64,000 nt of DNA, taken from Nitrospirota bacterium (GTDB lineage: Bacteria; Nitrospirota; Nitrospiria; Nitrospirales; NS-4). This document shows, piece after piece, positions 1-11,268 of this stretch; position 1 is the first letter of the stretch, and each line of letters starts with the position of its first letter. Below the pieces are notes generated by a model. It did no database searches. It was given only the letters and a program-made list of their open reading frames with translations, and was not told the DNA's origin. The stretch spans positions 32,001 through 96,000 of the forward strand of contig CAWBGA010000005.1 of the NCBI GenBank assembly GCA_963788195.1. Reading direction: 5' to 3'. The translations under genes were made by a program, and so were the position numbers.

Positions 1-640
1 GAATGGGCGCTGGAATAGCCTATGCGCCTGTTGGGTGACCGCGCGCGAGGGAAGATTGGAAACAAAGACGATGAAATTTCCCTCGATCCGGGTACAGCAG
101 GCGAAATAGCGCCGAAGGAAAAGGAAACTTCTGACTAGCAGGGGCATCACTGTAGTACCCCATCGTTTCCAATGAGGCCATGACCCGGATTTTGTCTCCA
201 CGGTCACGAGCCCTTTGGGCATAGACCCTGCTGCCCATGAGCGGAGTCCGGAAGTAGGGCTGCTCTTCGTTCACAAATGCAACGAACCGGACGGAGGTCT
301 GGGGCGCAACGTCAGCAAACGCCCTCGAGATCTCCAACAGAGCCGCCACTCCGGTGCCGTTGTCGTTGGCGCCGGGGCTGCCGACGACCGAATCGTAATG
401 GGCGCCGATCAGCAGGAACGGAGCCTCCTTCTCTCGCCCCGCGCGAGTGATTTCAAGGTTCGCCCATCGGTCTCCCTTCAGCGGATATTCCTGGCGCACA
501 ACGTTGTAACCCTGCGCTTGCCAGACTTGGGCGATATACTCCTCAGCGCGGTGCAGCGCCTGCGGTTTGGAGGTATTGCGCTCGCCGATGTCTCCCGCTA
601 AGGCCTGTACATGTCTTTTCAGATTTTCAACAGAGATCAT
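1..640 (-). CDS. M28 family metallopeptidase (frameshifted near 3' end, probably continues beyond window start)
   Basis: ORF 20..640 with IGAHYDS, PGANDNGTGVAALLE and FVNEE motifs; sequence degenerates after YPDRG, suggesting an indel. Confidence 0.85.
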
Positions 641-933
641 TCCAGTCTATTCCCTCCGTATCAGCGTCGGCCTGGATGAGAATGCGTTGCTGACAATAAA
701 TGGTGTCAACCTTATTTAACACTTCTCATAATCTAGAAAGCGACAAATCGCGTAAGGACCCGGACACATCCGTGCGCGCGTGTGGCATTTGTCCGAAGTT
801 CCGTGCCTCTGCCCTTGGTGTTGGCCTATTGTGTGAAGATACCTAGTGGTGTAACCTAGGTAACAGACCGATGGTCACAGCACATCATCGGGCGCAGCAT
901 TGGGAACGACTCGTGTATAATATCGAGCATCAT

Positions 934-2509
934 ATGTACGGTACAAAGACTGCTTTGCCCTTGCTGTTCATTGCGGGCATGGCGTTCATAGGCCATTCCG
1001 TGCGCATCCACTCATGGCGCCGAGGCTGTCAGTGTTCCTGCCGGCGCTGCTTCTGATGTGGCGGTCCCTAAGAATGACGGCCTACCCCCCAGGAGGATCC
1101 GGCGATCGCGGAGCTTCGAGAAGTGATCAGATTGGATCCCACTCACGCGAATGCGCATTATGAGCTCGGCGTCGAGCTCTATACCTCCGGGCAGATCGCA
1201 GAAGGCATTGCCGAATTGCGGGAGGCCATCCGACTTCAGCCGCGGCACATTGATGCCCGGTACCATCTTGCGAAGGCCCTGATGAAGGAGCGAGACGCCC
1301 TTCTACAGACTGAGACAAATCGCGGAGCGACAAGCCGAGAGCCTGTTCTGGCCGAAGCCTATCTTGAGCTTGCGAAGGCTTTGATCGCTGCCGGTGATTT
1401 TCCTCAGGCCGTCATGGAGCTGCGGGAGGCGCTTCGCCTAGAGCCCAATTTTGCCGAAGCGCACGCCACCCTCGGTTTTGCCTACTTCAATATGGGCGAT
1501 GTGGAAAACGCGACTGATGAGTATCAGACGGTGGTGCGGCTTAAACCGGCAATCGGAATGTCACACCTGAATCTTGCCACAGCCCTTATGGCCAAGCATG
1601 ACTGGGCCTCAGCGCGAAGGGAGCTTCAGGAAGCACTTCGGCTGCAGCCGGATCTCGTCCAAGCCCAGTACAGTCTGGGTGCCGTCGCGTATACCTTGGG
1701 CGACGTTGCCGCGGCCATTGATGCCTATCGCAAGACCCTCAAACTCAAAGCCGATTATTCAGAGGCGCATTACAGTCTCGGTCTCTTGTTGAAGTTGACC
1801 AATCGTGAAGCAGAGGCCGTGGAAGCCTTCCATGCTGCGGCGGAAGCGGGATTGCCCAAGGCGCAATATTTTCTGGGGGCCGCCTATGCGTCAGGGCTTG
1901 GCAAGGAGCAGAACTTCACTGAGGCTGTGAAGTGGTGGTTGCGAGCGGCGGAACAAGGGATGCAACCGGCATGGGAAGCACTGGCGAACCTTCGGCGGAC
2001 GGCGACGCTGAACGTCAAACAATCGTCGAACGAGGCGCGCGCCATTCTCATCGCGTTTCAAGAGTTACGAAGCGAGATCTGGCGCGAATTTCCCGATCTT
2101 GAGAGCAATCCCGAAGGAAGTGCGGGCGTGGCTCTGCTCGGACGCGGACAATCGCAAGAAGCGATTTCTGTACTGATTCGTGAAGCCTACGCGTTAAGCG
2201 AATTGGCGGAGACGCAGTTAGAAGCCATCTACGAGCAGGGTATTGAAGGGCAGATTCCTGCGTACGATCCCGAGGGTCCTCGCCTACTTCAAAGCCATGG
2301 CACCGGAAGGAGCTCCCCGGTCGCGTATCATGCTGGCGCGCATTTACGCGAAGGGTTGGGGAGTCCCTCAGGACCTCGATAAAGCAATGAGCTTGCTCAG
2401 AGGCAGTCAGGATGAGGAGGCGCGACGCATGCTGAAAAAGCTCTCCGCCCTGCAGCAGGAGATCCGAGCCACAAAGCATATACAACCGGCTTCCCCAGTG
2501 ACGCAGTAA
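934..2509 (+). CDS. TPR + Sel1-like repeat protein, probably exported (split by frameshifts)
   Basis: Signal-like N-terminus from ATG 934; ORF 1123..2382 has many TPRs (ALRLEPNFAEAHATLG) and a Sel1 motif (AQYFLGAAYASGLG); ORF 2243..2509 continues with LARIYAKGWGVPQD. Confidence 0.8.
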
Positions 2510-2518
2510 TCGCCCTCC

Positions 2519-5262
2519 TTGGTTCTCCACACCCTTTTTCGCTCGAATGTCATCGCTGCCGCCGTCGTGGGCGCCCTGGCGACGGCTTTGGCCTGGGGCA
2601 GTTCGATGCTTCCCATCGGAATGATTACCGCGCTCGAGCACGGTCCATATGATTACTGGATTCGGAACCGATCCGCTGTCCCTGTAAGTACTCACGTAGT
2701 CGTCATCGCGCGGGATCCGGCGAGCGAGAACCGGTTCGGGCGTGGCGCCTGGGACCGCGCGGTCCTTGGGCGGGCGATTATCGCGCTGCGCAATGCGGGC
2801 GCTGTTGTTCTGGGGCTCAATGTTTCCCTGAGCGAGCACAGTGCGCCCGCGCAAGGTGGAGCGGCAAGTGATGCGATGTTGTTGGAAGCGACCAAAACAT
2901 CTGGCATGGTCGTGTACCCGCTCGCGGTGCGACTCTCGGCGCAGCAAGGGCCGGCAGAGGAATCGGGGCGATCATTATGGGCCGTTGTTCCAGTCGACGG
3001 AATCTTGCCGTTGATTGCCCAACACGCCAAAAGGCTTGGCCATACCCTGTTGCTTCCTGACGCGGACGAAGTCACTCGCCGGGTTCCTCTGGCTGTTTGG
3101 TTCGGCGATGGGCAGCTTCCCGCGTTCGCTGTCGCGCTTGCGGAGGAATTTCTGCAGATTGGATCGGCGCAGGTGTCGATCACTCCGGGGAAGCATCTCA
3201 TCATGAGAAACGCCAAATTTCCGAGCGGCCCCGTAGGGCAGTTCCGTGTTCCCATCGATGAGCACGGCCAGCTTCTGGTGAGCTACGTGGCCGGCGATCA
3301 CCTGTTTCCTTCGGTGCCGTTTTTGGATGTGTGGGCGGCCATTGAGGGTGGAGATGCTGAGAAGCTGCGTCAATGGTTCGGCGGCAAAATCGTCCTGCTG
3401 CTGACGTCTCCGCCGTCTGTCGCCGTCCTTGACCCCTTTGGGACCCGTCAGCCCTGAGGCGCTCCAAACAAATTTACTCAACAGTATCCTCACACAGAAT
3501 TGGACCGTGCAATCGCACCCGATGTGGCGAATCCTCGGCGGTTTGGCGCTTGCAGGCTTTGGGACGTGGTTTTTGTTGACGCTCGGCGGGTGGCAAGGGA
3601 TCGTTGCAGCGGCCATGCTCCTGTGCGGATATATTGGCGTGGTGTTCATAGCCCTCGCCGGCGGCGGGATTCTCTTACCAGTGTTCATTCCTGTTACCGC
3701 CCTCCTGCTGGCCTCCGCAATCGCCATGTTATGGCTGCATCTCTCCGCCGGGCGCCGGGTCACAGTGCTGGAAGGACGCATCGCAGAAGGTCCAGCACGA
3801 ACTGGTGACCGTGCGGCAGGCGCTGATCTCGCAGGAATCCAGCGTCGAAGTCTTGGAAGAAGATCTAGAGGCTGCCCGCCTGGCAGTGGCACGCTCGACG
3901 GGCAAGGAGCAGGAGATGGCTTCAGCTGCGCAGGCCTTACAGATACAACTGGCGCAAGCAAAAACCGAGGAAGAAAGTAGCCGGCAGAGACTTTTTCAAC
4001 TTGAGAGCGAGCTGCGAGGGCTTCGGGCCTCCTCCACGCAGCCGTCACGGATTGCAGACACGGAGCTTGAACGGCTCCGTCAGGAATGCGAGGAGATGGG
4101 CATCATCACCCGCGATCCCGCGATCCTGGCGATGTTTCGTGAGACCAAGAAGACTTCGCGTTCCACGCTTGCAGTTCTGATCCTGGGAGAGCCGGGGACC
4201 GGGAAGGAGCTTTTTGCACGGGCGATCCACAGGCTCAGCCCGCGCGCTCATCAGCCCTTTGTCTCGGTGAACATGGCGGCTATTTCCCCGCATCTCTTTG
4301 AGAGTGAACTCTTTGGGCACGTCAGAGGAAGCTTCACGGGTGCTATCGGGGACCGCAAAGGGTATTTCGAGCAGGCCCATCAAGGCACGATCTTCCTCGA
4401 TGAGATTGGTGACCTCGCGATGGAGCATCAGGGCAAATTGTTGCGCGTCCTTCAGGAGAAGACGTTTTACCGCGTCGGAGCGACCAGAGCGACGACGGTG
4501 GATGTGCGGATCGTCGCTGCGACGAATAGGGATCTTGAGCGGGGAGTCCTGGAGGGCTGGTTTCGCGAAGATCTGTATTTTCGGCTCAAGGGAATTGTCC
4601 TGAGATTGCCGCCTCTGCGGGAGCGCGCGCAAGACGTGGCGCTCCTGGCGGAGCGTTGTCTCGCAGCTGCCGCTGCGCAGAACGGAAGAGATGAGCTTGC
4701 CCTTTCCGGCGATGCGCTCCTGACGCTTCAAGCGCACCCTTGGAAGGGCAATGTCCGCGAGCTCGAACAGTGCATGCAGCAGGCCGCGGTTCTCGCCGAA
4801 GGCAAGGTGATCATGAAGGAGGATTTGCGATTGGCGACTCCTCAGACGCAGACCGCGCGGAGCCTGCCCACTCCATTCTCCACCGCCGATCCTGGGAGCG
4901 ACCAGGCGGTTCTGACGTGCCTTCGCGAAGAGCAGTTTGATATGCAGGCAACGGCTCGCGCTTTGGGATGGGATCGCAGTACTGTCACGCAGCGGCTCAA
5001 GGGAATGGGTTTCCGCGCCTTGGTGGAGTCAGGCGGCGATCGTGCAAAGGCCGCCATGATCCTTGCCGGCAACCAGGAGCTTGTCCATACCGTTGAATTG
5101 AAGTTAGCGGAGTATTACGAGCATCTCATCAAGACGATTGAGGACTTTGGCTCGGCGGACGAAGCAGTGGCGGCCTGCAAAAAACGGTACAAGAACCTTC
5201 CCGATCGCCATTTCCGTTCCATGGAGACATTGATCCGGCAGTTCTATCAGCGGCGTTTCTGA
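2519..5262 (+). CDS. Membrane-anchored CHASE2-domain sigma54-dependent transcriptional activator (three overlapping ORFs, two frameshifts)
   Basis: 2519..3457 CHASE2-like ([18 protein letters not shown]); 3429..3980 TM helices; 3805..5262 coiled coil + AAA ([36 protein letters not shown]) + HTH ([12 protein letters not shown]). Confidence 0.85.
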
Positions 5263-5270
5263 TTCTGTCT

Positions 5271-5355
5271 GAAAAAGGGACAGGCTACTTTTTCAGTTAT
5301 TCGTGCCGCAGCCCAAAGACTCCTTCATTCCGAAAAAGTTGCCTGTCCCCCTTTT
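5271..5355. repeat. Inverted pair of ~24-bp REP-like motifs
   Basis: GAAAAAGGGACAGGCTACTTTTTC (5271-5294) and GAAAAAGTTGCCTGTCCCCCTTTT (5332-5355) are near reverse complements. Confidence 0.7.
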
Positions 5356-5933
5356 ATGAGCGTGGGCTCGCTACTCCGTGATTCGCAACCCAGCCCGCTC
5401 GAAGGTGGCTTGCGGCTTGAATAATCATCCAACTTGCGCGACGGCTGCCGCTCGAAGGTGCTCGCTTCGCGAAGCCTGGGCTCAATGAGACCCATCGCGA
5501 GCCGCAGAACAAGGAAGATAACAAACTCGACCAGCGACGGCGGTGCCATGTAACGCTGCCAATTCCGAGTGCGAGAATCGAGAGGCCATCGACAGTTGTG
5601 CGTACAGGTTGTCGCGAACCGGGCCATCGAAACAACGATGATTCTCGGAGGCACTTGCTCCGAGGCGATCGATCGTTCAAGGAGGCAGCTCCAAAAGTGT
5701 CCGTATCGGGTTGCGAACGACGCCGCGCATTCCTCAGCGACACTGCGCACGATGGGATGTCTTGATCCGAGCAGGGGCCACAGCGGATCGTCGGGGGGGG
5801 GAGGGAGCAGTTCAAACTCAATCGCGCTCTGTTGAGTGTTGAGTTGCAAGAGCAGGAAGCTGGTGACGATTTTGTTCAGATCTCCCACGGGCCCGAAGAT
5901 CACACCAACTCGATGTCTGGCAATCGCTTTCAC
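5325..5933 (-). pseudogene. Hypothetical protein, probable degraded gene cassette
   Basis: GTG at 5933 lies ~30 bp after a GTTGGAC core-like site; reading frame appears to shift between ORFs 5325..6002 and 5354..5821. Confidence 0.45.
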
Positions 5934-5980
5934 GTGCCCGCCTTCTTCAGGATGTATCCTCGTGTGTCCAACTATTGAGT

Positions 5981-6068
5981 AGACTGATCGGCCTATCCCC
6001 ACCGATCAGTTTTGGGAGGACCCGGAAATCCGTAAATCCTACAAGCTTTTTCCGCACCTAGCAAGAAA
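5981..6068. repeat. 88-bp direct repeat copy 1 (attI-like module)
   Basis: Near-identical to 7951-8038; internal hairpin ACTGATCGG...CCGATCAGT. Confidence 0.9.
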
Positions 6069-6258
6069 CCTTCATCTCTAGCGCATGGCAAACATTGCTA
6101 CGTCTTGTCAGCCTATTCGTTTGCCCATCGGAACGCCATTCTGACCCTGACTGGGTGTCCGCGAAAGCGGGTACCTCAGATTTCTTTGCCATTACACCCG
6201 CCCCGGCTGCCAAGGCAGCGCCATGTCCCGTGGCCTGGAGTTTGGGTCAAAATGAAGC

Positions 6259-7305
6259 CTAGAAGGCTCCAGTCTCCGGTCCCTCTGGCCACGCTGAAGG
6301 ATTGGGCACGCAGGCGGGACTTCCGTCCCTTTCTAGGAGCGCGCAGGCAAATGTACCGAGTTCGACTCCCAAGTGTTCGGCGGCAGCCGTTGCTCCAGCA
6401 TCAACAAGATTGGCGGCAAGTACAAAGGCGCGAAAGCTCTCCCAGTCTTCGCTCAACTGAGCAACCATCATGCGCGCCAGGTCGTAGGAAAGGATGTTTC
6501 CGTCATCGTTCCGAAGGAACGATTTGCCTGACCAGAACTCCTGAATCTCAGGGTCTCCCCAGAACCGCAGATGCTTCTCGTCCATTTCGTGAGGTGTGAA
6601 CGTTGGTGGAGAGGGCCGGCTCAGACTGTCTTCGGTGTTGACGGCAAGCCCCTCGTTAAGCCAGGCAGGAAGAGGAAGGTGGCTGACACAACTGTGGGTT
6701 AGCTCATGTACAATGACGGGCTCGATGACGTTAAGATCATCCTTGACGGTTACGAAGTGACCGCAGCCAATGTTGATATACATGCCGCTACTCCCCGCAA
6801 ACTCGCCATCCTCTGGGTAGTAGTGGGACACGTACCTATAGTAGGCATCGCCGTCGTCGAAGACGACAAGGATGTCTTTGCCCCACTCCTGGTTTTGTGC
6901 GACGCCATCAAGCAGGCGAATGATTCGCTGCAACGTGTCGCCCATGAAGCCAAGCGTCGCTTCCGCAACATTTGGTTCAAGCGTTGACAGGATAACTGCA
7001 TCCCCTTCCTCCATCAGGCGATAGGCTGGCCCAAGTGCAACGGCTAAGTACTCTAGCCAGGCGCGCTCACAATTTGCCCACGCTCTGGCTTGAACCTCGG
7101 GGTCGATCATCTCGACCCACTGCTGAACTGCGTTCCAATCCAGGAATGGAAACCCGTTGCTGTTCGAAAGATGGGAGGAGATCGAGAACGTTGCGGCGCC
7201 AGTAACGGCAACTTCTGTCGCGGGTTCTACTACCCGAGGCCCTGCATCGTCGGGTTTCGGATGCCGTTTGTCTCCAGAGAGTAGTGATCGTAAGAGTTCG
7301 AACAC
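6259..7305 (-). CDS. Zinc metallopeptidase-like protein (gluzincin/peptidase MA-like), gene cassette
   Basis: VHELTH...PAWLNEGLA motif; begins just downstream of the attC site. Confidence 0.75.
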   Translation of the reverse strand: MFELLRSLLSGDKRHPKPDDAGPRVVEPATEVAVTGAATFSISSHLSNSNGFPFLDWNAVQQWVEMIDPEVQARAWANCERAWLEYLAVALGPAYRLMEEGDAVILSTLEPNVAEATLGFMGDTLQRIIRLLDGVAQNQEWGKDILVVFDDGDAYYRYVSHYYPEDGEFAGSSGMYINIGCGHFVTVKDDLNVIEPVIVHELTHSCVSHLPLPAWLNEGLAVNTEDSLSRPSPPTFTPHEMDEKHLRFWGDPEIQEFWSGKSFLRNDDGNILSYDLARMMVAQLSEDWESFRAFVLAANLVDAGATAAAEHLGVELGTFACALLERDGSPACVPNPSAWPEGPETGAF

Positions 7306-7331
7306 ACGCTACTCGGTAAAGGGCGACTGCC

Positions 7332-7421
7332 AGCTAACGGCGCGCGCGTGAGCCGCCGCCGCAGGTACGCGCGCCATTGGCAACAGCGCCCATGCCGGTC
7401 GGCTCAACGCGTGTGTTAGGC
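7332..7421 (-). other. Integron attC recombination site
   Basis: Minus strand GCCTAAC-ACACGCGTTGAGCCGACCGGC...GCGGCGGCTCACGCGCGCGCC-GTTAGCT: 90-bp imperfect palindrome with R''/R' ends between two co-oriented ORFs. Confidence 0.8.
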
Positions 7422-7448
7422 GTAAGACAGTTCCTCATGGTCAGCTCA

Positions 7449-7910
7449 TTAGCCTGTCCTAGACGCAAGACTAGATCGCAGCGCTTTGAGGATGCCGACG
7501 ATTTGATGAGCCTTCTCGGGACCCGAGAGCCCTTGCTTGAACGCATCACGGACTATCAAATCAATTTGGCGCTCGGCGAAGGACATCGGATAGCCAGAAG
7601 CTCGATCATCCTTTGGAAGGTCCAGATAGTGGACGAACGTGTGAGCACGGGTAATGTATGTCGCCACTTCCTGGGCGTTCGGTTTGCTCATTTTCTCGCC
7701 CAGTTCTACCAGATGGTCCAACTGCTGAAGTGCCTCAGAGCGCAAAAGAGTCCCGACGATGTCCGATCTGAGAACGTAGCTGCCCTTCTTGACTACCTCG
7801 TGTGCGCCCACGGATAGAATTGCACGATACGCGCCGAAGCCGGCAATGAAGCCGGTGGCCACTGCGCTTAGAGCCCAGAACAGCGGATCATTTTGTATAG
7901 CCTGGGCCAT
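7449..7910 (-). CDS. Hypothetical membrane protein, gene cassette
   Basis: Part of ORF 7449..8027; N-terminal TM helix; stop codon 27 bp before the attC. Confidence 0.65.
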   Translation of the reverse strand: MAQAIQNDPLFWALSAVATGFIAGFGAYRAILSVGAHEVVKKGSYVLRSDIVGTLLRSEALQQLDHLVELGEKMSKPNAQEVATYITRAHTFVHYLDLPKDDRASGYPMSFAERQIDLIVRDAFKQGLSGPEKAHQIVGILKALRSSLASRTG

Positions 7911-7950
7911 AAAAGGCTTGCGTCGTGCTAACGTCCATCTAGGATGGAGC

Positions 7951-8038
7951 AGACTGATCGGCCTATCCCCACCAATCAGTTTGGGGAGTCCGGAAAATCC
8001 GGAAAATCCTACAAGCTTTTTCCGCACCTAGCAAGAAA
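7951..8038. repeat. 88-bp direct repeat copy 2 (attI-like module)
   Basis: Near-identical to 5981-6068. Confidence 0.9.
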
Positions 8039-8202
8039 TTTTCAGTTCTCGGAGCATGGCAGACTGGACTCCCTTCGCCCGTGCGGGGAGTTCCCCGCAT
8101 CCCCGCAGGGCGATCATCGCTTTCTAGAAAACCACGATCTTCTATCAACTGCAACCTGGCAGTTTTCCAGATAAATCTCATTCTGTCAGGTCCTGCCGTT
8201 TG

Positions 8203-8218
8203 TGGCCTCCTCCTTGCT
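8203..8218 (+). promoter_or_regulatory. Putative sigma54 (-24/-12) promoter
   Basis: TGGCCTCCTCCTTGCT = GG-N10-GC, ~105 bp upstream of the OmpA gene. Confidence 0.65.
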
Positions 8219-8324
8219 CTATCAACACGATGTCGGCGCGCGGAAAGGAGGGGCGAAGCAGCACGGAATACAGCGCCAAGCGAGTCAGAACCGAAACGAA
8301 GATTTACTAACGCAAGGAGGGAAG

Positions 8325-9113
8325 ATGATGAACAGTCCGAACTCAACTCAAGCGGGGCCGCCCGCCAAAGCGCCCGTCCAGATAAGGCAGATCACGATGA
8401 AGGAGCTGGCACTTCTGATGGTCGCCATTTTCTTTACCGCGGGACTAGTGGGCGGCTACTGGGTTTATGTGCAGCAGAAAGAGAGCTATGCCAAAGGAAC
8501 GACAACAATCGACCTGTCCAAGAATCTCACGCCGCCGAACCCGCAGCCCGTCATAGGTGGTCAAAACCAGGTGGCCCCCGGGGTGTTGACTGCAGCGTCA
8601 CCGGTAACGTTAAAGAGCGCGGACTCCATGCATGCGGACATCTACTTTGACTTCGACCGCAGCCGGCTGCGCGCGGATGCCGTGGCCATTCTCCAGGAAA
8701 AAGCCGAGGTCTTAAAGGGTGACAACAACTGGGCGGTGTTAGTACAGGGCTATGCGGATCAGCATGGACCTGCTGAGTACAACCGGACATTGGCCTCGCG
8801 TCGTGCCGGAGCAGTCAAGCAATTTCTTGTCGAATTAGGCATCCCCGACACGTCCATAAAGGTCGTCACGCTGGGCCAAGAGGGATCGATTTGCGACGAT
8901 CAGAGTAAGGAATGCCAGCGGCACAACCGCCGGGTTCACCTTGAAATGATGAAGCTCGGCATGCGCGAATCAGCGCTCGTCCCCGCCTCGTCCACGTTTG
9001 TAACGCAACAGGAAAAAGACGGCGACTCGGCGCTCACAAAAGATCAGGACCTAACAGAGCACGACGAGAAGTCGGTGAGCGGAGAACCCGAGGTCTCTTC
9101 AGAGACACGGTAA
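8325..9113 (+). CDS. OmpA-family peptidoglycan-binding protein (PdsO-like position)
   Basis: RBS AAGGAGG; N-terminal TM; IYFDFD, VQGYADQHG, YNRTLASRRA, NRRV. Confidence 0.9.
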   Translation: MMNSPNSTQAGPPAKAPVQIRQITMKELALLMVAIFFTAGLVGGYWVYVQQKESYAKGTTTIDLSKNLTPPNPQPVIGGQNQVAPGVLTAASPVTLKSADSMHADIYFDFDRSRLRADAVAILQEKAEVLKGDNNWAVLVQGYADQHGPAEYNRTLASRRAGAVKQFLVELGIPDTSIKVVTLGQEGSICDDQSKECQRHNRRVHLEMMKLGMRESALVPASSTFVTQQEKDGDSALTKDQDLTEHDEKSVSGEPEVSSETR

Positions 9114-9190
9114 GTACACACGCCCGGGCTGCGGCGAGACCGCAGCCCGTTGCGTTGCCACCTATGCCGAACACAACAAAGGAGCACATC

Positions 9191-11268
9191 ATGGTTTTGA
9201 ACGCGAGGGGAGTTATCACTGTGCGGGTTGTGATGCTCCTGATTATTTTGGCCGCGTCGGCCATGCTGATCGTTACGACTCCGGGTTTTGCCGGAGAGTT
9301 CAGTCCGGCCACCGGAATGCGCCCGAGCGAAGCGACCCAAGGCACCCTGCTCTTTCGGAGCGAGCAGGGGGTCAACATGGCCGTTCCGGCGCTCACCACT
9401 GACGTTCGGATGAAAGTCACGGGGCCGATCGTGCGCGCCACGGTCCGTCAACAGTTCCAGAACCCCAGTTCTGCATGGGCGGAAGGCATTTACGTCTTCC
9501 CTCTTCCCGAAGATGCCGCAGTCGATCATTTGCGGATGAGGATCGGAGAACGAATCATCGAAGGCATGATCAAGGAGAGGGCTGAAGCGAAGAAGACCTA
9601 CGAGGCGGCGAAAGCCGAGGGCAAGCGCGCGAGCCTGGTGGAACAGGAGCGGCCGAATATCTTTACTACTTCTGTCGCCAACATCGGCCCGAATGAGACG
9701 ATCATCGTTGAGATTGAGTACCAGCAACTGCTCCACTACGATCAGAAACAGTTCCGACTGCGATTTCCAATGGTCGTGGGGCCGCGGTACATCCCGGGAC
9801 ACCCCTACAATTTCAAAAAAGGCCATGGCTGGGCCCCGACACTGATGCGGTCCCGGATGCCTCCCGCATCACGCCGCCTGTTGAGCATCCAAGCAAGGGC
9901 ACTATCAATCCCGTTACGTTGACGATTGACTTCGCGCCTGGATTCCCGCTGGCGCGCTTGGAATCGCCTTATCACAAAATCAAGGTCAGTCCCTATCAAG
10001 ACGGCCGCTACACACTCACTCTCGAGGACGGGTCGGTGCCCGCAAATCGCGACTTCGAACTGATGTGGCAGCCGGCCAACGGCAAAGCCCCTGAGGCCGC
10101 GCTATTTAGCGAACAGAAGGATGGAGAGACCTTCGCGTTGTTCATGGTGATGCCCCCGGCACCCTCGGCTCTCGAGGAACACCGCCTCCCACGCGAAACC
10201 ATTTTCGTGGTTGATACCTCCGGGTCCATGGCCGGGGCGTCAATCGAGCAGGCGAAAGCCGCTCTTCGTCTGGCGGTGCTGCGTCTGAGAGCGGAAGACA
10301 GCTTTAACATCATCCAGTTCAACAGCATCATGCACGCCTTGTTCTCCGGGGCCGTGCCCGGCACCAAGGAGAATCTGGACAAGGCGGTCCGCTATGTCAG
10401 CGGCCTGCAGGCGCAGGGCGGGACCGAAATGTTGCCGGCGTTGCAGCGCGCGCTCGACGGAGCAGAGAATCGCGGTCGCCTGAGGCAAGTCATCTTTCTC
10501 ACCGACGGCGCGGTAGGAAACGAAGATCAATTATTCACGGTTATTGGGCAGCGCCTCGGCGACAGCCGATTGTTCACGATCGGCATCGGATCGGCGCCGA
10601 ACAGCCATTTCATGCGCAAGGCCGCGGAGTTCGGCCGAGGAAGCTTTACCTATATCGGCAGTACCACTGAGGTGCAGGAAAAGATGGGCGCGCTGTTTCG
10701 AAAGTTAGAGCATCCGGCTCTCACCGACATCAGCATGGAGATGTCCGGCTCGGCCGGGGTCGAAATCCTGCCTGAACGGATTCCGGATCTGTACCTTGGC
10801 GAACCATTAATTGTGAGCATCAGAGCAAGCAGGTTGCCCGAGCACATCCGTTTTCGGGGTCGTTTTGGCGGCACGGCCTGGGAAGGCACACTTCCAACCG
10901 CGGAAGGAGAAAATCGGGAAGGACTCTCGGTCTATTGGGCGCGGCAGAAGATCGGCTCCTTGATGGACAAGCAAGTGAACGGCACTGAGAACACAGAGAT
11001 CCGCCAAGCGATTGTCGACATCGCCGTGAAGCACCATCTGGTCAGCCGATACACAAGTCTCATCGCCGTTGATATTACGCCGGCCCGGCCGGCCGACAAG
11101 GACCTGAAGACGCATGCAATGAAAACCAACCTGCCTGAGGGTTGGGACTACACAGCGGTCTTTGGGTTGCCTCAGACTGCGACTAACGCTCAGCTTCAGA
11201 TCATGATGGGACTCCTAGCCTTGCTCCTGGCCGCCATGCTTTATCGACGTCCATGGCATCGGGCATGA
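9191..11268 (+). CDS. VIT + vWA domain sortase target protein with LPQTA sorting signal (one frameshift ~9810-9920)
   Basis: VIT (AEGIYVFPLPEDAAV, NIFTTSVANI); vWA MIDAS DTSGSM, FLTDG; C-terminal LPQTA + TM + basic tail. Confidence 0.9.

Noticed and set aside
6077..8130. Integron integrase starting at the ATGGCA after each 88-bp repeat
   Set aside because: Both frames stop within ~25 codons and show no tyrosine recombinase motifs.
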